Source: Candidatus Omnitrophota bacterium
GTDB lineage: Bacteria > Omnitrophota > Gorgyraeia > Zapsychrales > Fredricksoniimonadaceae
Reading direction: 5' to 3'
NCBI GenBank assembly: GCA_030650275.1
Contig: JAUSEK010000004.1
Span: 24,196 to 88,195 of the forward strand
Length of the DNA: 64,000 bases
The first letter of the stretch is position 1. Each line of letters opens with the position of its first letter. This document shows positions 19,565 to 30,829 of this stretch, in pieces. The notes beneath the pieces were generated by a model that worked only from the letters and a program-made list of their open reading frames with translations, was not told the origin of the DNA and searched no databases. The translations under genes and the position numbers were made by a program.

Positions 19565-22500
19565 ATTTTACCATTTCCACCTTTTGATACTCCTTCATCC
19601 CCGTCCCTGCGGGGATAAGGTGACCCACTATAACGTTTTCTTTAAGTCCAAGTAAAAGGTCAACTTTACCAGAAGCGGCTGCCTCTGTCAAGACCCTTGT
19701 CGTTTCCTGGAAGCTCGCCGCGGAAATAAAACTTTCCGTCGTCAAAGAGACCTTGGTGATCCCCAGCAGCAGCGGGGTCGCCTGGGCCGGTTTGCCCTTT
19801 TTCTTGAGCACGGCCTCATTGGCTTTCTTGAAGACCACGCGGTCCACCTGGTCGCCGACCAAAAAGTCGTTGGACCCTGAATCGTCGATGCGCACTTTCT
19901 TGAGCATCATCGAGATGATGATCTCGATGTGCTTGTCGTTGATGCGAACACCCTGCAGCCGATAGACCTCCTGAACCTCGTTGAGGAGATATTCCTGCAA
20001 GGCCTTGTCCCCGCAAACGCGCAAAATGTCCTGCGGGACGACCGGCCCGTCGGTCAACTGCTGGCCGGCGTACACGGTGTCGCCCTTGTACACGTTGGGA
20101 TGTTTGCCGTGCGGGATGGTGTATTCCTTGACCATGCCGGTCGAGGAACGCACGACGATCATCCGCAGGCCCTTCTTGTCCGCGCCGAACTCGACGGTCC
20201 CGTCGATCTCGGAAATGACCGCCGGGTCTTTCGGACGGCGGGCCTCAAAAAGTTCCGCGACGCGCGGCAAACCGCCGGTGATGTCACGGGTCTTGCTGGC
20301 CCCGCGCGGGATCTTGGCGATCAATTCGCCGGCGCCGACCACGTTCTTGTCGCTGACGAGGATGTGCGCCCCCACGGGGATGGAATAGATCCCGACGATC
20401 TCTTTCTTGTCGTCGGTGATGATGATCTGCGGATGAAATTCCTGTTTGTGTTCCACAACCACGCGTTCGACGATGCCCGTCACGGGGTTCTCCTCGCGGC
20501 GGAACGTGACGTTCTCGGTCAGGTCCTCAAAGGAGACGCTGCCTTTGGCCTCCGTGATGATCGGGATGGTGTACGGGTCCCAGCTCGCCACGATGGCGCC
20601 TTTGCTGATGGATTTTCCGTCGGCAAAACTCAAAGCCGTGCCCTGCGGAAGGATGTGGCGCTCGTATTCGCGGCCGTATTCGTTGTTGATGCTCACGGCC
20701 CCGTTGCGGTTGAGGACGATAAATTCCTTGCCGCGCTGGACGGCGCGCAATTGGTGGTATTTGACGGTACCGTCCTGTTTGACCTTGATGAAGGACTGCT
20801 CGATGGTCCTGGAGGCCGTGCCGCCGATGTGGAAGGTCCGCATGGTCAGCTGGGTGCCCGGCTCGCCGATGCTCTGGGCGGCGATGGTCCCCACCGCTTC
20901 CCCGATCTCCACGACACGATGCGTGGCGAGGTTGCGGCCGTAGCATTTGATGCAGACACCCTGCTCGGTTTCGCAGGTCAGGACCGAACGGATGCGCACT
21001 TTCTCAATGCCCAACTGCTCGATGAAATCGGCCTTCTCTTCCGTGATGATCTCGCCGGAGCCCACGACCTGCTGGTCGGTGACGATATCGACGATATTGT
21101 CAAGGGCAACACGGCCCACAATGCGTTCTTTGAGCGAAACGACCAATTCGTCGCCCTCGGTGATGGCCGCGACCGTGATGCCGTTGACCGTGCCGCAATC
21201 GGGCTCGTTGATGACCATTTCCTGGGCCACGTCCACCAGACGGCGGGTCAGATAACCGGCGTCGGCGGTCTTCAGGGCGGTATCCGCCAGACCTTTACGG
21301 GCGCCGTGCGTGGAAATGAAATACTCCAGAACGGTCAGGCCTTCGCGGAAACTGGCCGTGATCGGGTTCTCAATGATCTCGCCCGACGGTTTGGCCATCA
21401 GGCCGCGCATGCCGGAAAGTTGGCGGATCTGCAATTTGGAACCGCGCGCCCCGGAATCGGCCATGATGTAAACGGGATTGAACTGATCCATTTTCTTGAA
21501 GACCAGGTCGGAAATGGTTTCGGTCGTGTGGGTCCACACGTCGATGACCTTGTTGTAGCGTTCACGGTCCGTGATAATGCCTTTGCGGTACTGGTCGTCC
21601 ACCTTGGCCACTTCCTGCTTGGCCGCGGCGATGACCTTAGGCTTGTCTTCCGGGATGGTCAGGTCGGACATGGCAATGGAAATGCCGGCTTCGGTGGCCC
21701 GGATGAATCCCAACTGCTTGACGTCGTCCAGAAGCTGGACCGTGCGGTGCTGGCCGAAACGTTTGTAGCAATCGGCGATGACCGCGCCGATGCGTTTTTT
21801 ATCCAGGAGTTCGTTGACGAACCCGTAATCCGCGGGCAGGGTCTCGTTGAAAAATACGCGACCGACGGTGGTTTCGATGATCTTTGTGGCCGAAGGAGCG
21901 GTCTCCTGCTCTTTTTTCTTCTTGTCCTTCATTTCAGGATGGATGACCATGGACGGTTTTCCCTGACCCCAGACCGAAGTGCCCAAACGCAGTTTGATGC
22001 GGGCATGCAAGTCCACATACCCGTCGAAATAAGCGACCGTGACCTCCTCGCAGGTGCCGAACAGATGGCCTTCGCCGCGGGCCGAAGGACGTTCCTTGGT
22101 CAGGTAATACAGTCCCAGGACGATGTCCTGTGTCGGAGAAACGACCGGGCGCCCGTCCGCCGGTGAAAAGAGATTGTTGACGGACAATAATTGCACGCGG
22201 CATTCGATCTGCGCTTCGAGCGACAGGGGCACGTGCACGGCCATCTGGTCACCGTCAAAGTCCGCGTTGAACGCCGTGCAGACCAGCGGATGCAGTTTGA
22301 TGGCCTTGCCTTCGATGAGGATCGGCTGGAACGCCTGGATGGACAAACGGTGCAGCGTGGGCGCGCGGTTGAGCATGACCGGATGGTCCTGGATGACCTC
22401 GTCGAGAATGTCCCAGACCTCGATCTTGGCGCGCTCGACCATGCGCTTGGCGCCCTTGATGGTGTGGACAAAGCCCTTCTCACGCAATTTACGGATGATG

Positions 22501-23621
22501 AACGGTTCAAAAAGTTCCAGCGCCATTTTTTTGGGCAGACCGCACTGGTGCAATTTCAGGTCCGGACCGACGACGATGACCGAACGTCCGGAATAATCCA
22601 CGCGCTTGCCCAAAAGGTTCATGCGGAAACGCCCCTGCTTGCCTTTGAGCATGTCGGACAGGGACTTCAAGGGGCGGTTGCCGGAGCCCAGCACCGGACG
22701 GCCATGACGGCCATTGTCCAAAAGGGCGTCCACCGCTTCCTGCAGCATGCGCTTTTCATTGCGCACGATGATCTCGGGAGCGTTCAGGTCGATCAGTTTC
22801 TTCAAGCGGTTGTTACGGTTGATGACCCGGCGGTAAAGATCGTTGAGATCGGAGGTGGCGAAACGGCCGCCTTCCAGGGGGACCAGCGGACGCAGGTCCG
22901 GCGGAATGACCGGCAGGACGTGCAGGACCATCCATTCGGCGCTGTTGCCCGAGGCCCTGAAATCTTCGACGATCTTTAAGGTCTTGGCGATCTTCTTGAA
23001 ATTGGTGCCGTTGGGGTTGGCGTCGGCCAGATCCTTGCGCAATTTCTTGCACAGGACGGCGAGGTCCAATTCCCTGAGAAGCTCACGGATGGCATCCGCG
23101 CCGATCCTGGCTTTGAAAGCGCCGCCGTGTTTGACCAGGGCGTCCTGGTATTCGTCCTCGGACAAAAACTGCTTTTTCTTCAAAGGGGTCGTGCCCGGGT
23201 CAATGACCACATATTCTTCGTAATAGATCAATTTTTCCAGGTCGCGCAGACCCACCTGCAGGAGCGCTGCCAGACGGGACGGGACCGCTTTATAAAACCA
23301 GATATGCGTCACCGGACAGGCCAGTTCAATGTGGCCCATGCGCTCGCGGCGCACCGACGAACGCGTGACCAGGACCCCGCAGCGGTCGCAGGTGATGTTC
23401 TTGAACTTGATGCCCTTGTATTTTCCGCAGTTGCATTCCCAGTCGCGGATGGGGCCGAAGATCTTCTCGCAGAAGAGCCCGTCCTTCTCCGGTTTCAGGG
23501 TGCGGTAATTGAGGGTCTCGGCTTTTTTCACCGCGCCTTTGGACCAGGACATGATGATGTCCGGCGAAGCGATCCTGATGGTGATCCGGTCCTGTTTGGT
23601 GATATCGATCTTGTCTCTCAT
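19506..23621 (-). CDS. rpoC: DNA-directed RNA polymerase beta' subunit
   Basis: 1371 aa; zinc finger [27 protein letters not shown] catalytic motif, trigger loop and bridge helix regions. Confidence 0.97.
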   Translation of the reverse strand: MRDKIDITKQDRITIRIASPDIIMSWSKGAVKKAETLNYRTLKPEKDGLFCEKIFGPIRDWECNCGKYKGIKFKNITCDRCGVLVTRSSVRRERMGHIELACPVTHIWFYKAVPSRLAALLQVGLRDLEKLIYYEEYVVIDPGTTPLKKKQFLSEDEYQDALVKHGGAFKARIGADAIRELLRELDLAVLCKKLRKDLADANPNGTNFKKIAKTLKIVEDFRASGNSAEWMVLHVLPVIPPDLRPLVPLEGGRFATSDLNDLYRRVINRNNRLKKLIDLNAPEIIVRNEKRMLQEAVDALLDNGRHGRPVLGSGNRPLKSLSDMLKGKQGRFRMNLLGKRVDYSGRSVIVVGPDLKLHQCGLPKKMALELFEPFIIRKLREKGFVHTIKGAKRMVERAKIEVWDILDEVIQDHPVMLNRAPTLHRLSIQAFQPILIEGKAIKLHPLVCTAFNADFDGDQMAVHVPLSLEAQIECRVQLLSVNNLFSPADGRPVVSPTQDIVLGLYYLTKERPSARGEGHLFGTCEEVTVAYFDGYVDLHARIKLRLGTSVWGQGKPSMVIHPEMKDKKKKEQETAPSATKIIETTVGRVFFNETLPADYGFVNELLDKKRIGAVIADCYKRFGQHRTVQLLDDVKQLGFIRATEAGISIAMSDLTIPEDKPKVIAAAKQEVAKVDDQYRKGIITDRERYNKVIDVWTHTTETISDLVFKKMDQFNPVYIMADSGARGSKLQIRQLSGMRGLMAKPSGEIIENPITASFREGLTVLEYFISTHGARKGLADTALKTADAGYLTRRLVDVAQEMVINEPDCGTVNGITVAAITEGDELVVSLKERIVGRVALDNIVDIVTDQQVVGSGEIITEEKADFIEQLGIEKVRIRSVLTCETEQGVCIKCYGRNLATHRVVEIGEAVGTIAAQSIGEPGTQLTMRTFHIGGTASRTIEQSFIKVKQDGTVKYHQLRAVQRGKEFIVLNRNGAVSINNEYGREYERHILPQGTALSFADGKSISKGAIVASWDPYTIPIITEAKGSVSFEDLTENVTFRREENPVTGIVERVVVEHKQEFHPQIIITDDKKEIVGIYSIPVGAHILVSDKNVVGAGELIAKIPRGASKTRDITGGLPRVAELFEARRPKDPAVISEIDGTVEFGADKKGLRMIVVRSSTGMVKEYTIPHGKHPNVYKGDTVYAGQQLTDGPVVPQDILRVCGDKALQEYLLNEVQEVYRLQGVRINDKHIEIIISMMLKKVRIDDSGSNDFLVGDQVDRVVFKKANEAVLKKKGKPAQATPLLLGITKVSLTTESFISAASFQETTRVLTEAAASGKVDLLLGLKENVIVGHLIPAGTGMKEYQKVEMVKYADNITADQTSPETQSQTQ

Positions 23622-26600
23622 ATCGTGGCTTCTTCCTTTGATTGATCTTTGGATTCAGCTTTTGGTTCATCTTTGGATTCGGCTTTTTCCATGCGGATGT
23701 CCAGACAAAGTCCCTGCAGCTCTTTGACCAGAACGTTGAACGATTCCGGCGTGCCCGGAGGCAGGGCCTGTTCCCCCTTGACGATGGCCTCGTAGATCCG
23801 GCTGCGGCCGACAACGTCGTCGGATTTGACAGTGAGCATTTCCTGCAGGGTGTACGCGGCCCCATAGGCCTCCAGGGCCCAAACTTCCATTTCCCCGAAA
23901 CGCTGGCCGCCGAAATGCGCCTTGCCGCCCAACGGCTGCTGGGTGACGAGGGAATACGGCCCGATGGAACGGGCGTGGATCTTCTCGTCCACCAGATGAT
24001 TGAGCTTGAGGATGTAAATGTAACCAACAGTCACCTTTTGACTGAACGGCACGCCTGTATGCCCGTCACAGACGACGGATTTGCCGTCCTCGGGCAAACC
24101 GGCCTGTTTCAAAAGCGAACGGATCTCCTGTTCGGTGGCGCCGTTAAAGACGGGTGTCTCGGCGTGGAAACCCAGCGCCTGCACGGCCCATCCCAAATGC
24201 GTTTCCAGCAATTGTCCCACGTTCATACGCGAAGGCACGCCCAGCGGGTTTAAAACCACGTCCACCGAACGGCCGTCGGCCATGAAAGGCATGTCCTCTT
24301 CCGGCAGGATGCGCGACACGATCCCCTTGTTCCCGTGACGGCCGGCCATCTTGTCGCCGACGGACAATTTGCGCTTGGTGGCCACATAGACGACGACACG
24401 CTTGAGGACGCCCGCGGGCAGTTCATCGCCCCGGCGGATGCGGTCCAGTTCGCGTTCCTCTTCTTCCATCAGTTCCGCGATCTTGTCCATGTAAAAACCC
24501 ATGACCTCGCGGGCTTCGGAGTCCTCATCAATATCGTCGATGGTGAGTTTCGCCACGCGCCTTTTGTCAATGCCCAGCATCTTGCTCAATTTCGCGTCCT
24601 TTTCCTGCTGGATAAAATCGATCTCCTGCCTGTAATACTCCTTGATCTTATTGACCGCCTCGGCTTCCTTGGCCTTGTCCTGCTTGGATTTGCGGCCGCG
24701 CTCGTTGCGCTGGAAGGACTCAACGTTGACAATGACCCCTTCGATCCCGGGCGAGAGGGTCAAAGAGGTGTCGCGCACGTCCGCCGCCTTTTCCCCGAAA
24801 ATGGCGCGCAGCAGCCGTTCCTCGGGAGACAGCTCCTTCTCGCTTTTGGGGGTCACCTTGCCGACGAGAATATCACCGGCCTTGACCTCCGCCCCGACGC
24901 GTATGATGCCGTCCTCGGTCAGGTCCTTGAGGGCCTCGTCGCCGACGTTGGGGATATCGCGGGTGATCTCTTCATTGCCCAAACGGGTCTCGCGGCATTC
25001 GCACTCAAAACGCTCGACGTGAATGGACGTGAACACATCCTCGCGCACAATGCGTTCATTGATCAGAATGGCGTCCTCAAAATTGTATCCGCGCCAGGGC
25101 ATGAACGCGACCAGCACGTTGCGGCCCAGGGCCAGACGGCCGTTCTGGGTACCGATGCCGTCGGCGATGGTCTGCCCGGCTTCGACTTTTTCGCCGGGTT
25201 TGACCAGCGGACGCTGGTGCACGCAGGTATTGGCGTTGGAACGCTGAAAATTCTTCAAAGGATAAACGGTCTTGCCGACGACGATCTCGCGGCCGTCCAC
25301 CTTGGTGACGGTGCCGGCCTCCTGGGCGATCACAAGGACCCCGGAGTCGCGGGCCACTTTCTCTTCCATACCGGTACCGACGAAAGGTACTTCCGGGATC
25401 ATCAAAGGCACGCTCTGGCGCTGCATGTTGGAGCCCATGAGCGCGCGGTTGGCGTCGTCGTGTTCCAAAAACGGGATCAGCGCCGCGGCCACGGAAACCA
25501 GCTGTTTCGGAGAAACGTCCATGTATTCGACTTTATCCGGTTTCACATGCGGAAAATCTCCTTTGTAACGGCAGGACACCAGATGCTCCGTGAAACGCCC
25601 GTCCTTGTCAATGGCGCTATTGGCCTGGGCGATGTATTTGTTCTGGTCCACGTCGGCGGTCAGATACTCGATCTTCCGGCCGACCTTGCCGTCCGCGACC
25701 TTGCGGTACGGGGTCTCGATGAAACCCAGTTCATTGACGCGGGCACAGGTGGTCAAAGACGCGATCAAACCGATGTTCGGACCTTCGGGCGTCTCAATGG
25801 GGCACACGCGGCCGTAATGGGTCGGATGCACGTCGCGCACTTCAAAACCGGCGCGTTCGCGCGAAAGACCGCCGGGACCAAGCGCGGACATCCGGCGCTT
25901 GTGGGTCATTTCAGAAAGCGGGTTGACCTGGTCCATGAACTGCGACAACTGGCTGCGGGCAAAGAAATCCTGGATCTGGTTGGAGAAGAGGCGCGAATTG
26001 ATCAAATGATGCACGGTCAGGTTCTCAAAAGAGCTCATGACGACCAGGCGTTCCTTGATGGAACGCTCCAGGCGCGCCAAACCGATGCGCACCTGATTCT
26101 GGATGAGTTCACCGACGGACTTGATGCGGCGGTTGCCCAAATGGTCGATGTCGTCGGTCTCGCCGGTCCCTTCGCGCAGGCCGATCAGATACTTGATCGC
26201 CGCGACCACGGTCTCAATGTCCAGCACGCGGTTGTCCATCGCGACACTGGTGCCGAGTTTGCGGTTGATGATGTGGCGGCCGACCTTGCTCAAGTCATAA
26301 CGCTTGGGGTCAAAAAATAAACGGAAGAACAGCGTCTCGGCCACTTCCACGGTGGCGGGCTCTGTCGGGCGCATTTTGCGGTAAAAATCCAGCAGCGCTT
26401 CTTCCTTGGTATTCGTGTGGTCTTTCTCAAGGGTGTTCTTGAGCTTGTCGAGATGCGCCCCGAACATTTTTTTCATGTCTTCGAGGTTGGAGAGGCCCAT
26501 GATGCGCAGGATCTGGGACGCCGGAAAATTGCGGCGGCGGTCCACGTAGGCGATGAGGACATCATTGAGGTCATATTTGATCTCGAACCATGCCCCGCGC

Positions 26601-27094
26601 GAAGGGATGACGCGGCCGTAATAAATGCTTTTACCCGTCGGATGCGTTTCTTCTTCAAAAGAAACGCCCGGCGGACGCTGGATCTGGGAAACGACGACGC
26701 GTTCGTCGCCATTGATGATGAAGGTCCCGGTATCGGTCATGAGCGGGAAATCGCCGAAATACACTTCCTGCTCTTTGATGTCCACGGGGGTGATAAGACG
26801 AAGCTTGACCTTCAGGGGGGCGGCATAGGTCATCCCGCGGCGCTGGCACTCGTGGCGGGAATATTTTTCCTTGCCGATGACGTATCCGATATATTCAAGG
26901 CGGATCTGGGCGTCGTAACTTTCCAGGGGGAAGACTTCACGGAAAACTTCCTCCAATCCCTGGTCTTTGCGTTTGTCCGTCGCAATGCCCCTTTGCAGAA
27001 ATTCTTCGTAAGAAAGGGTCTGTATGTCTAAGAGCTTGGGTAATTCGAAATTATCCTGGAACTTGCTGAAATTCCTGATCTTGAGTTTTCCCAT
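23618..27094 (-). CDS. rpoB: DNA-directed RNA polymerase beta subunit (C-terminal [19 protein letters not shown] repeat tail)
   Basis: 1158 aa with rifampicin-cluster region and conserved beta motifs; ATGA overlap with rpoC. Confidence 0.97.
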   Translation of the reverse strand: MGKLKIRNFSKFQDNFELPKLLDIQTLSYEEFLQRGIATDKRKDQGLEEVFREVFPLESYDAQIRLEYIGYVIGKEKYSRHECQRRGMTYAAPLKVKLRLITPVDIKEQEVYFGDFPLMTDTGTFIINGDERVVVSQIQRPPGVSFEEETHPTGKSIYYGRVIPSRGAWFEIKYDLNDVLIAYVDRRRNFPASQILRIMGLSNLEDMKKMFGAHLDKLKNTLEKDHTNTKEEALLDFYRKMRPTEPATVEVAETLFFRLFFDPKRYDLSKVGRHIINRKLGTSVAMDNRVLDIETVVAAIKYLIGLREGTGETDDIDHLGNRRIKSVGELIQNQVRIGLARLERSIKERLVVMSSFENLTVHHLINSRLFSNQIQDFFARSQLSQFMDQVNPLSEMTHKRRMSALGPGGLSRERAGFEVRDVHPTHYGRVCPIETPEGPNIGLIASLTTCARVNELGFIETPYRKVADGKVGRKIEYLTADVDQNKYIAQANSAIDKDGRFTEHLVSCRYKGDFPHVKPDKVEYMDVSPKQLVSVAAALIPFLEHDDANRALMGSNMQRQSVPLMIPEVPFVGTGMEEKVARDSGVLVIAQEAGTVTKVDGREIVVGKTVYPLKNFQRSNANTCVHQRPLVKPGEKVEAGQTIADGIGTQNGRLALGRNVLVAFMPWRGYNFEDAILINERIVREDVFTSIHVERFECECRETRLGNEEITRDIPNVGDEALKDLTEDGIIRVGAEVKAGDILVGKVTPKSEKELSPEERLLRAIFGEKAADVRDTSLTLSPGIEGVIVNVESFQRNERGRKSKQDKAKEAEAVNKIKEYYRQEIDFIQQEKDAKLSKMLGIDKRRVAKLTIDDIDEDSEAREVMGFYMDKIAELMEEEERELDRIRRGDELPAGVLKRVVVYVATKRKLSVGDKMAGRHGNKGIVSRILPEEDMPFMADGRSVDVVLNPLGVPSRMNVGQLLETHLGWAVQALGFHAETPVFNGATEQEIRSLLKQAGLPEDGKSVVCDGHTGVPFSQKVTVGYIYILKLNHLVDEKIHARSIGPYSLVTQQPLGGKAHFGGQRFGEMEVWALEAYGAAYTLQEMLTVKSDDVVGRSRIYEAIVKGEQALPPGTPESFNVLVKELQGLCLDIRMEKAESKDEPKAESKDQSKEEATI

Positions 27095-27111
27095 AGTTCC
27101 CTTTTTTTAAT

Positions 27112-27152
27112 GGGGACAGCGCCCTATTGATCACGAGTAGGGCGCTGTCCCC
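27112..27152 (-). promoter_or_regulatory. Perfect 15-bp-stem hairpin (ggggacagcgcccta/11-nt loop/tagggcgctgtcccc) in rplL-rpoB intergenic region; candidate attenuator / RNase III processing site
   Basis: Perfect inverted repeat seen directly; the position matches the known rplL-rpoB attenuator in other bacteria; no U-tract follows, so not a classical intrinsic terminator. Confidence 0.35.
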
Positions 27153-27175
27153 TAAAAATAACAATACAGAGAGAA

Positions 27176-27577
27176 TTACTTCAATTCCACTTTGGCGCCG
27201 GCAGCTTCAAGTTTCTTCTTGAGTTCTTCAGCTTCGGCTTTGGGAACAGCTTCCTTAACGGTCTTCGGAGCGGCTTCGACAAGGTCCTTGGCTTCCTTGA
27301 GCCCCAGGTTCGTCATCGAACGGACTTCCTTGATGACGTTGATCTTGTTGGCACCGGCATCCTTGAGGACGACGTCGAACGAGGTCTTTTCCTCGGCAGG
27401 AGCGGCTCCGCCCACGGGCGCGGCGGCGGGCGCCATCATGGGCGCGGCGGCCTGGATACCGAATTTGTCTTCCATGGCCTTGACCAGATCGGCCAATTCC
27501 AGGACGGTGAGGCCTTCAATCGTTTTGAGGACCCCGTCTAATTTAGGAGAGATCTCCTTAACGGCGGTTTCAGACAT
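27176..27577 (-). CDS. rplL: 50S ribosomal protein L7/L12
   Basis: 133 aa; Ala/Pro hinge and canonical C-terminal domain. Confidence 0.95.
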   Translation of the reverse strand: MSETAVKEISPKLDGVLKTIEGLTVLELADLVKAMEDKFGIQAAAPMMAPAAAPVGGAAPAEEKTSFDVVLKDAGANKINVIKEVRSMTNLGLKEAKDLVEAAPKTVKEAVPKAEAEELKKKLEAAGAKVELK

Positions 27578-27578
27578 T

Positions 27579-28106
27579 TTAACTACCTCCCTTTTTTTCG
27601 CTTAACTGTTTTAATAGGAAACAAAGGTCGCGTGTCTTGGCGTTCAAAGCGCCCATGAAACGGGTCAACGGCGCCTGCATGGTCCCCAACACCTGTGCTA
27701 AAAGAACATTTCTGGGGGGCAAAGCGGACAAGGTCTTGATCGTGTCCGGATCAAGCATCTTGCCGTCGAGAAGCATCCCTTTGAGGACGAACCCTTCGCA
27801 ATCCTTGGCGAACTTGACGAGAATCTTGGAAATTTCAGAGGCGTCGGAGTTGCTTAAGACAAGGGCCATCTGGCCTTGCAGGCAGTCGGCCAACGGCTGA
27901 TACCTGGCTTCTTTAAAGGCGATGTCCGCCACCGATGTTTTGGCGACCAGGACATCGGCCTTCTTGCGCTTGAGGTCCTTGCGCAAGGAGTCCATCTTCG
28001 CGCAAGAGATGCCGTGGAAGCTCACCACGAACGTGCTGCTGTTTTTGGCAACGCCGTCCTTGACGGAAACGGCGATCTTTTGACGGTATAATTCTCCGAC
28101 TCTCAT
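27579..28106 (-). CDS. rplJ: 50S ribosomal protein L10
   Basis: 175-aa canonical L10. Confidence 0.95.
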   Translation of the reverse strand: MRVGELYRQKIAVSVKDGVAKNSSTFVVSFHGISCAKMDSLRKDLKRKKADVLVAKTSVADIAFKEARYQPLADCLQGQMALVLSNSDASEISKILVKFAKDCEGFVLKGMLLDGKMLDPDTIKTLSALPPRNVLLAQVLGTMQAPLTRFMGALNAKTRDLCFLLKQLSEKKGGS

Positions 28107-28792
28107 AGGGCCACCTTGATCCCGGGCCCCATGCTCGTGGCCACGGACAGACTTTTGATCAGATTGCCTTTGACCGACGCCGGCTTGGCGTGGTTGATGG
28201 CTTCCAGGACGTGCTGGACATTCTCCACTAATTTGTTCTCGGCGAAGGAACGCTTGCCGATCCCCAAATGGATGCCGCCCTGCTTGTCGGACTTGAATTC
28301 CACGCGGCCCGCCTTGACTTCCCTGACGGCGCGCTCGACGTCAGCGGTGACCGTGCCGGCCTTAGGGGTCGGCATCAGCCCGCGGGGGCCGAGCAGTTTG
28401 CCGAGTTTGCTCAAGTCGCGCATCATATCGGGAGTGGCGACCACGACGTCAAAGTCCATGAACCCGCCGGCCACCTTTTCGATCAATTCATTGCCGCCGA
28501 CATGTTCGGCGCCCGCGGCCTGCGCCTTGGCCACCGCGTCGCCTTTGCAGAATACGGCCACACGCACGCTCCTGCCGGTGCCGTGAGGCAAAGCCACGGT
28601 GCCGCGCACGCCCTGGTCAGAGGCCTTAAGGTCCAGGTTCAAATTCAGGTGCAATTCAACGGTCTCGTCGAATTTGACCTTGGGGGCCTTGGCCAAATGG
28701 GCGATGGCGTCGGACAACGGGACCGGGGCCTTGATGCCTTCGATCGCTTTGCGGACTTCTTTCATTCTTTTGCTCAAATGTGCCATAACCAA
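28103..28792 (-). CDS. rplA: 50S ribosomal protein L1
   Basis: 229-aa canonical L1. Confidence 0.95.
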   Translation of the reverse strand: MVMAHLSKRMKEVRKAIEGIKAPVPLSDAIAHLAKAPKVKFDETVELHLNLNLDLKASDQGVRGTVALPHGTGRSVRVAVFCKGDAVAKAQAAGAEHVGGNELIEKVAGGFMDFDVVVATPDMMRDLSKLGKLLGPRGLMPTPKAGTVTADVERAVREVKAGRVEFKSDKQGGIHLGIGKRSFAENKLVENVQHVLEAINHAKPASVKGNLIKSLSVATSMGPGIKVAL

Positions 28793-28804
28793 TCCTTAAT
28801 GTAC

Positions 28805-28853
28805 GGGCGAACCTTGTGTTCGCCCTTCGGGCGATGACAAGCATCGCCCCTAC
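28805..28853 (-). promoter_or_regulatory. Two tandem hairpins (gggcgaaccttgtgttcgccc and gggcgatgacaagcatcgccc+ctac) between rplK stop and rplA start; the second is the 25-nt repeat also found at 11086..11110
   Basis: Direct sequence inspection; the 3' ctac supplies the rplK TAG stop; candidate L1 autoregulatory/rRNA-mimic structure or REP-like element. Confidence 0.4.
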
Positions 28854-29272
28854 TTCACTTCAATCCCCATGGAACGGGCGGTACCGGCGATGGTGATCAT
28901 GGCCTGCTTGAGATCGACGGTGTTCAAATCGTCCATTTTCAACTTCGCGATCTCTTCCACCTGTTGGGCGGTCAAGGTGCCGATGACTTCCTTGCCGGCG
29001 GTACCCGAGGCCTTGGCGAGCTTGGCGGCCTTCTTGATGAGGGCCGAGCTCGGCGGCGTCTTGATGATGAAATCAAATGATTTGTCCTTATACACCGTGA
29101 TGACGACCGGCAAAGGCAGGGCTTCTTTGCCCTTGGTCTTGTCGTTGAACGACTTGCAGAACATCATGATGTTGACCCCGTGCTGGCCCAAGGCAGGACC
29201 GACCGGAGGGGCCGGGTTGGCCTGGCCCGCAGGAACATACAACTTAATTTGTGCGACGGCTTCTTTAGCCAT
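28850..29272 (-). CDS. rplK: 50S ribosomal protein L11
   Basis: 140-aa canonical L11. Confidence 0.95.
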   Translation of the reverse strand: MAKEAVAQIKLYVPAGQANPAPPVGPALGQHGVNIMMFCKSFNDKTKGKEALPLPVVITVYKDKSFDFIIKTPPSSALIKKAAKLAKASGTAGKEVIGTLTAQQVEEIAKLKMDDLNTVDLKQAMITIAGTARSMGIEVK

Positions 29273-29283
29273 GATAACTTTCC

Positions 29284-29808
29284 TTAGATTTTTTCAACCT
29301 GCCAGTATTCCAATTCAACCAGCGTCGAGCGGCCGAAAATGGACACGCTGACCTTCAACTTGCCGCGGTCCGGATAGACTTCCATGACCGAACCGTTGAA
29401 ATTCGCGAACGGCCCCTGCGCGATGCGGATCGCCTCCCCCACCTCAAAAATGATCTTCGGACTGGGTTTGGTCTCGGTTTCCTGTGTCCGCTTGAGGATG
29501 TTGTCCACCTCGGTGTCCGTCAGGGGCTGGGGCTGGCGTCCCGGGCCGATAAAGCCGGTGATCCCCGGCGTCGTTTTCACCAGGTACCAGCTTTCCTTGT
29601 TCATTTCCATCTTGATCAAAAGGTAGCCGGGAAAAAACTTGCGGGTGGTGATCCGCTTCTTTCCGCCGCGCACCTCGGAAACCTGCTCGGTCGGGACAAC
29701 GACTTCGCCGACGTATTGCTTCAAAGCGGTGGTGGCAACGCGGCTGTCTAAGCCTGCCTTGGCCCGCTCTTCAGCACCGGTCTGCGTATGGACGACGTAC
29801 CATTTCAT
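29284..29808 (-). CDS. nusG: transcription termination/antitermination factor NusG
   Basis: 174 aa, NGN + KOW domains. Confidence 0.95.
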   Translation of the reverse strand: MKWYVVHTQTGAEERAKAGLDSRVATTALKQYVGEVVVPTEQVSEVRGGKKRITTRKFFPGYLLIKMEMNKESWYLVKTTPGITGFIGPGRQPQPLTDTEVDNILKRTQETETKPSPKIIFEVGEAIRIAQGPFANFNGSVMEVYPDRGKLKVSVSIFGRSTLVELEYWQVEKI

Positions 29809-29811
29809 ACA

Positions 29812-29997
29812 TTACCTGACGATCAAAAAAATCCCTTTTGAAAGAACAAGATCAATGGCCGCGATGAAGCCGCCCAAAAAAAGAGAACTGAAAATGACGA
29901 TCAGGGTCGAATCCCGAAGTTCCTGGCGCGTGGACCAGGAAACCTTCTTGAGCTCGGCCATGACCTGCCCGATAAATCCTTGGACTTTGCCTATCAT
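29812..29997 (-). CDS. secE: preprotein translocase subunit SecE
   Basis: 61 aa single C-terminal TM helix; position between tRNA-Trp and nusG. Confidence 0.85.
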   Translation of the reverse strand: MIGKVQGFIGQVMAELKKVSWSTRQELRDSTLIVIFSSLFLGGFIAAIDLVLSKGIFLIVR

Positions 29998-30026
29998 AAA
30001 ATCCTTGTTCCCGCGTCGGATGTTTC

Positions 30027-30207
30027 GGGGCTCCTTCGAGTCCTGCAGCCAATCAAACAGGCCAGGCAGGACTCGCCGCCCCGACTTTTCTGGAATGATT
30101 GAAGTCGGGGTCGGGCACCCGCCCCATCAACTGCTCCTGTTCGTCGCAGTTGATAATCGGGGCTCCTTCGAGTCCTGCAGCCAATCAAACAGGCCAGGCA
30201 GGACTCG
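30027..30207 (-). repeat. Two 49-nt direct repeats (30027..30075 and 30159..30207). The downstream copy comprises the last 18 nt of tRNA-Trp plus 31 nt of 3' flank; att-site-like duplication
   Basis: Identical 49-mers 132 nt apart; the second overlaps the tRNA-Trp 3' end. Confidence 0.6.
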
Positions 30208-30263
30208 AACCTGCAACATACGGTTTTGGAGACCGTCGCTCTACCAATTGGAGCTACTGGCCT
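30190..30263 (-). tRNA. tRNA-Trp (anticodon CCA), 74 nt, CCA end not encoded
   Basis: Manual fold: acceptor AGGCCAG/CTGGCCT, anticodon loop CTCCAAA, T-loop GGTTCGAGTCC; canonical location between rpmG and secE. Confidence 0.85.
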
Positions 30264-30432
30264 AAAATGCTCGTTTCACTCGCATTTTCCGCTAGGGGGG
30301 CAAGCCCCCCTTCGGCGCTCGCTATCGCTCGCTGAGCACCCCCCAAACGTGGGGAAAGGTTTTCCCCACACCCCTTTCAGCATCCCTATCCCATCAAAAA
30401 ATTCGTGAACGGGATGCTTGGGCGCAATATAT

Positions 30433-30585
30433 TTACTTCTTCGTTTCTTTATGAAGGACGTGCTTGCGGCAGAAACGGCAAAACTTCTTGAGCTCCAAAC
30501 GCTCCGGCTTCTTGCGCTTGTCCTTGGTGCTGTTATAAGTGATTTGATTGCACGCGGTGCATTGAAAATGAATTGTCTCGCGCAT
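30433..30585 (-). CDS. rpmG: 50S ribosomal protein L33
   Basis: ORF-track ORF is N-terminally over-extended across the tRNA; the L33 Cys4 core MRETIHFQCTACNQITYNSTKDKRKKPERLELKKFCRFCRKHVLHKETK starts at 30585. Confidence 0.85.
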   Translation of the reverse strand: MRETIHFQCTACNQITYNSTKDKRKKPERLELKKFCRFCRKHVLHKETKK

Positions 30586-30662
30586 GTCCCTGTTTCCGTT
30601 TTGTGCGCTCCCCCGTAAAACAACGACGGGGTTCACAGAAGATCTTAGGATAGTATTTGAGA

Positions 30663-30735
30663 AGCCCCCGAGCGGGATTGAACCGCTGGCCTCGTCCTTA
30701 CCAAGGACGTGCTCTACCAACTGAGCTACAGGGGC
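30663..30735 (-). tRNA. tRNA-Thr (anticodon GGU), 73 nt
   Basis: Manual fold: acceptor GCCCCTG/CGGGGGC (one G·U), D-loop AGCTCAGTTGGTAGAGC, anticodon loop TTGGTAA, T-loop GGTTCAATCC. Confidence 0.85.
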
Positions 30736-30829
30736 AGATGAGGCCGCCCGCAGCGCTCATATAAATGAACGCAAAGTATATCTGCCGGTGATATTTTTGT
30801 CAAGAATAAACTTTAACAATCCCAATACT

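Noticed and set aside
19929-22166. 745-aa plus-strand ORF (and similar long plus-strand ORFs at 24335..26320, 52337..53983, 54936..55736, 16501..17502, 3015..4064, 32353..33276, 44381..45334, 45995..46990)
   Set aside because: All lie antisense to strongly supported minus-strand genes (rpoC, rpoB, pilB, fusA, map, rpsA, rng, pilQ). The translated sequences are low-complexity Arg/Gly/Asp/His-rich, typical of shadow ORFs in GC-rich DNA, with no recognisable domains.
30027-30207. Possible CRISPR array (direct repeats)
   Set aside because: Only two copies; the repeat is 49 nt and derived from a tRNA 3' end; there are no cas genes. It is a tRNA-flank duplication, not CRISPR.
30276-30623. 115-aa ORF (and 29994..30188, 29852..30052 ORFs) across the secE–tRNA-Trp–rpmG region
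   Set aside because: They overlap tRNA-Trp, the 49-nt direct repeats and rpmG on the same strand in other frames. The repeated peptide LACLIGCRTRRSP simply reflects the DNA duplication.
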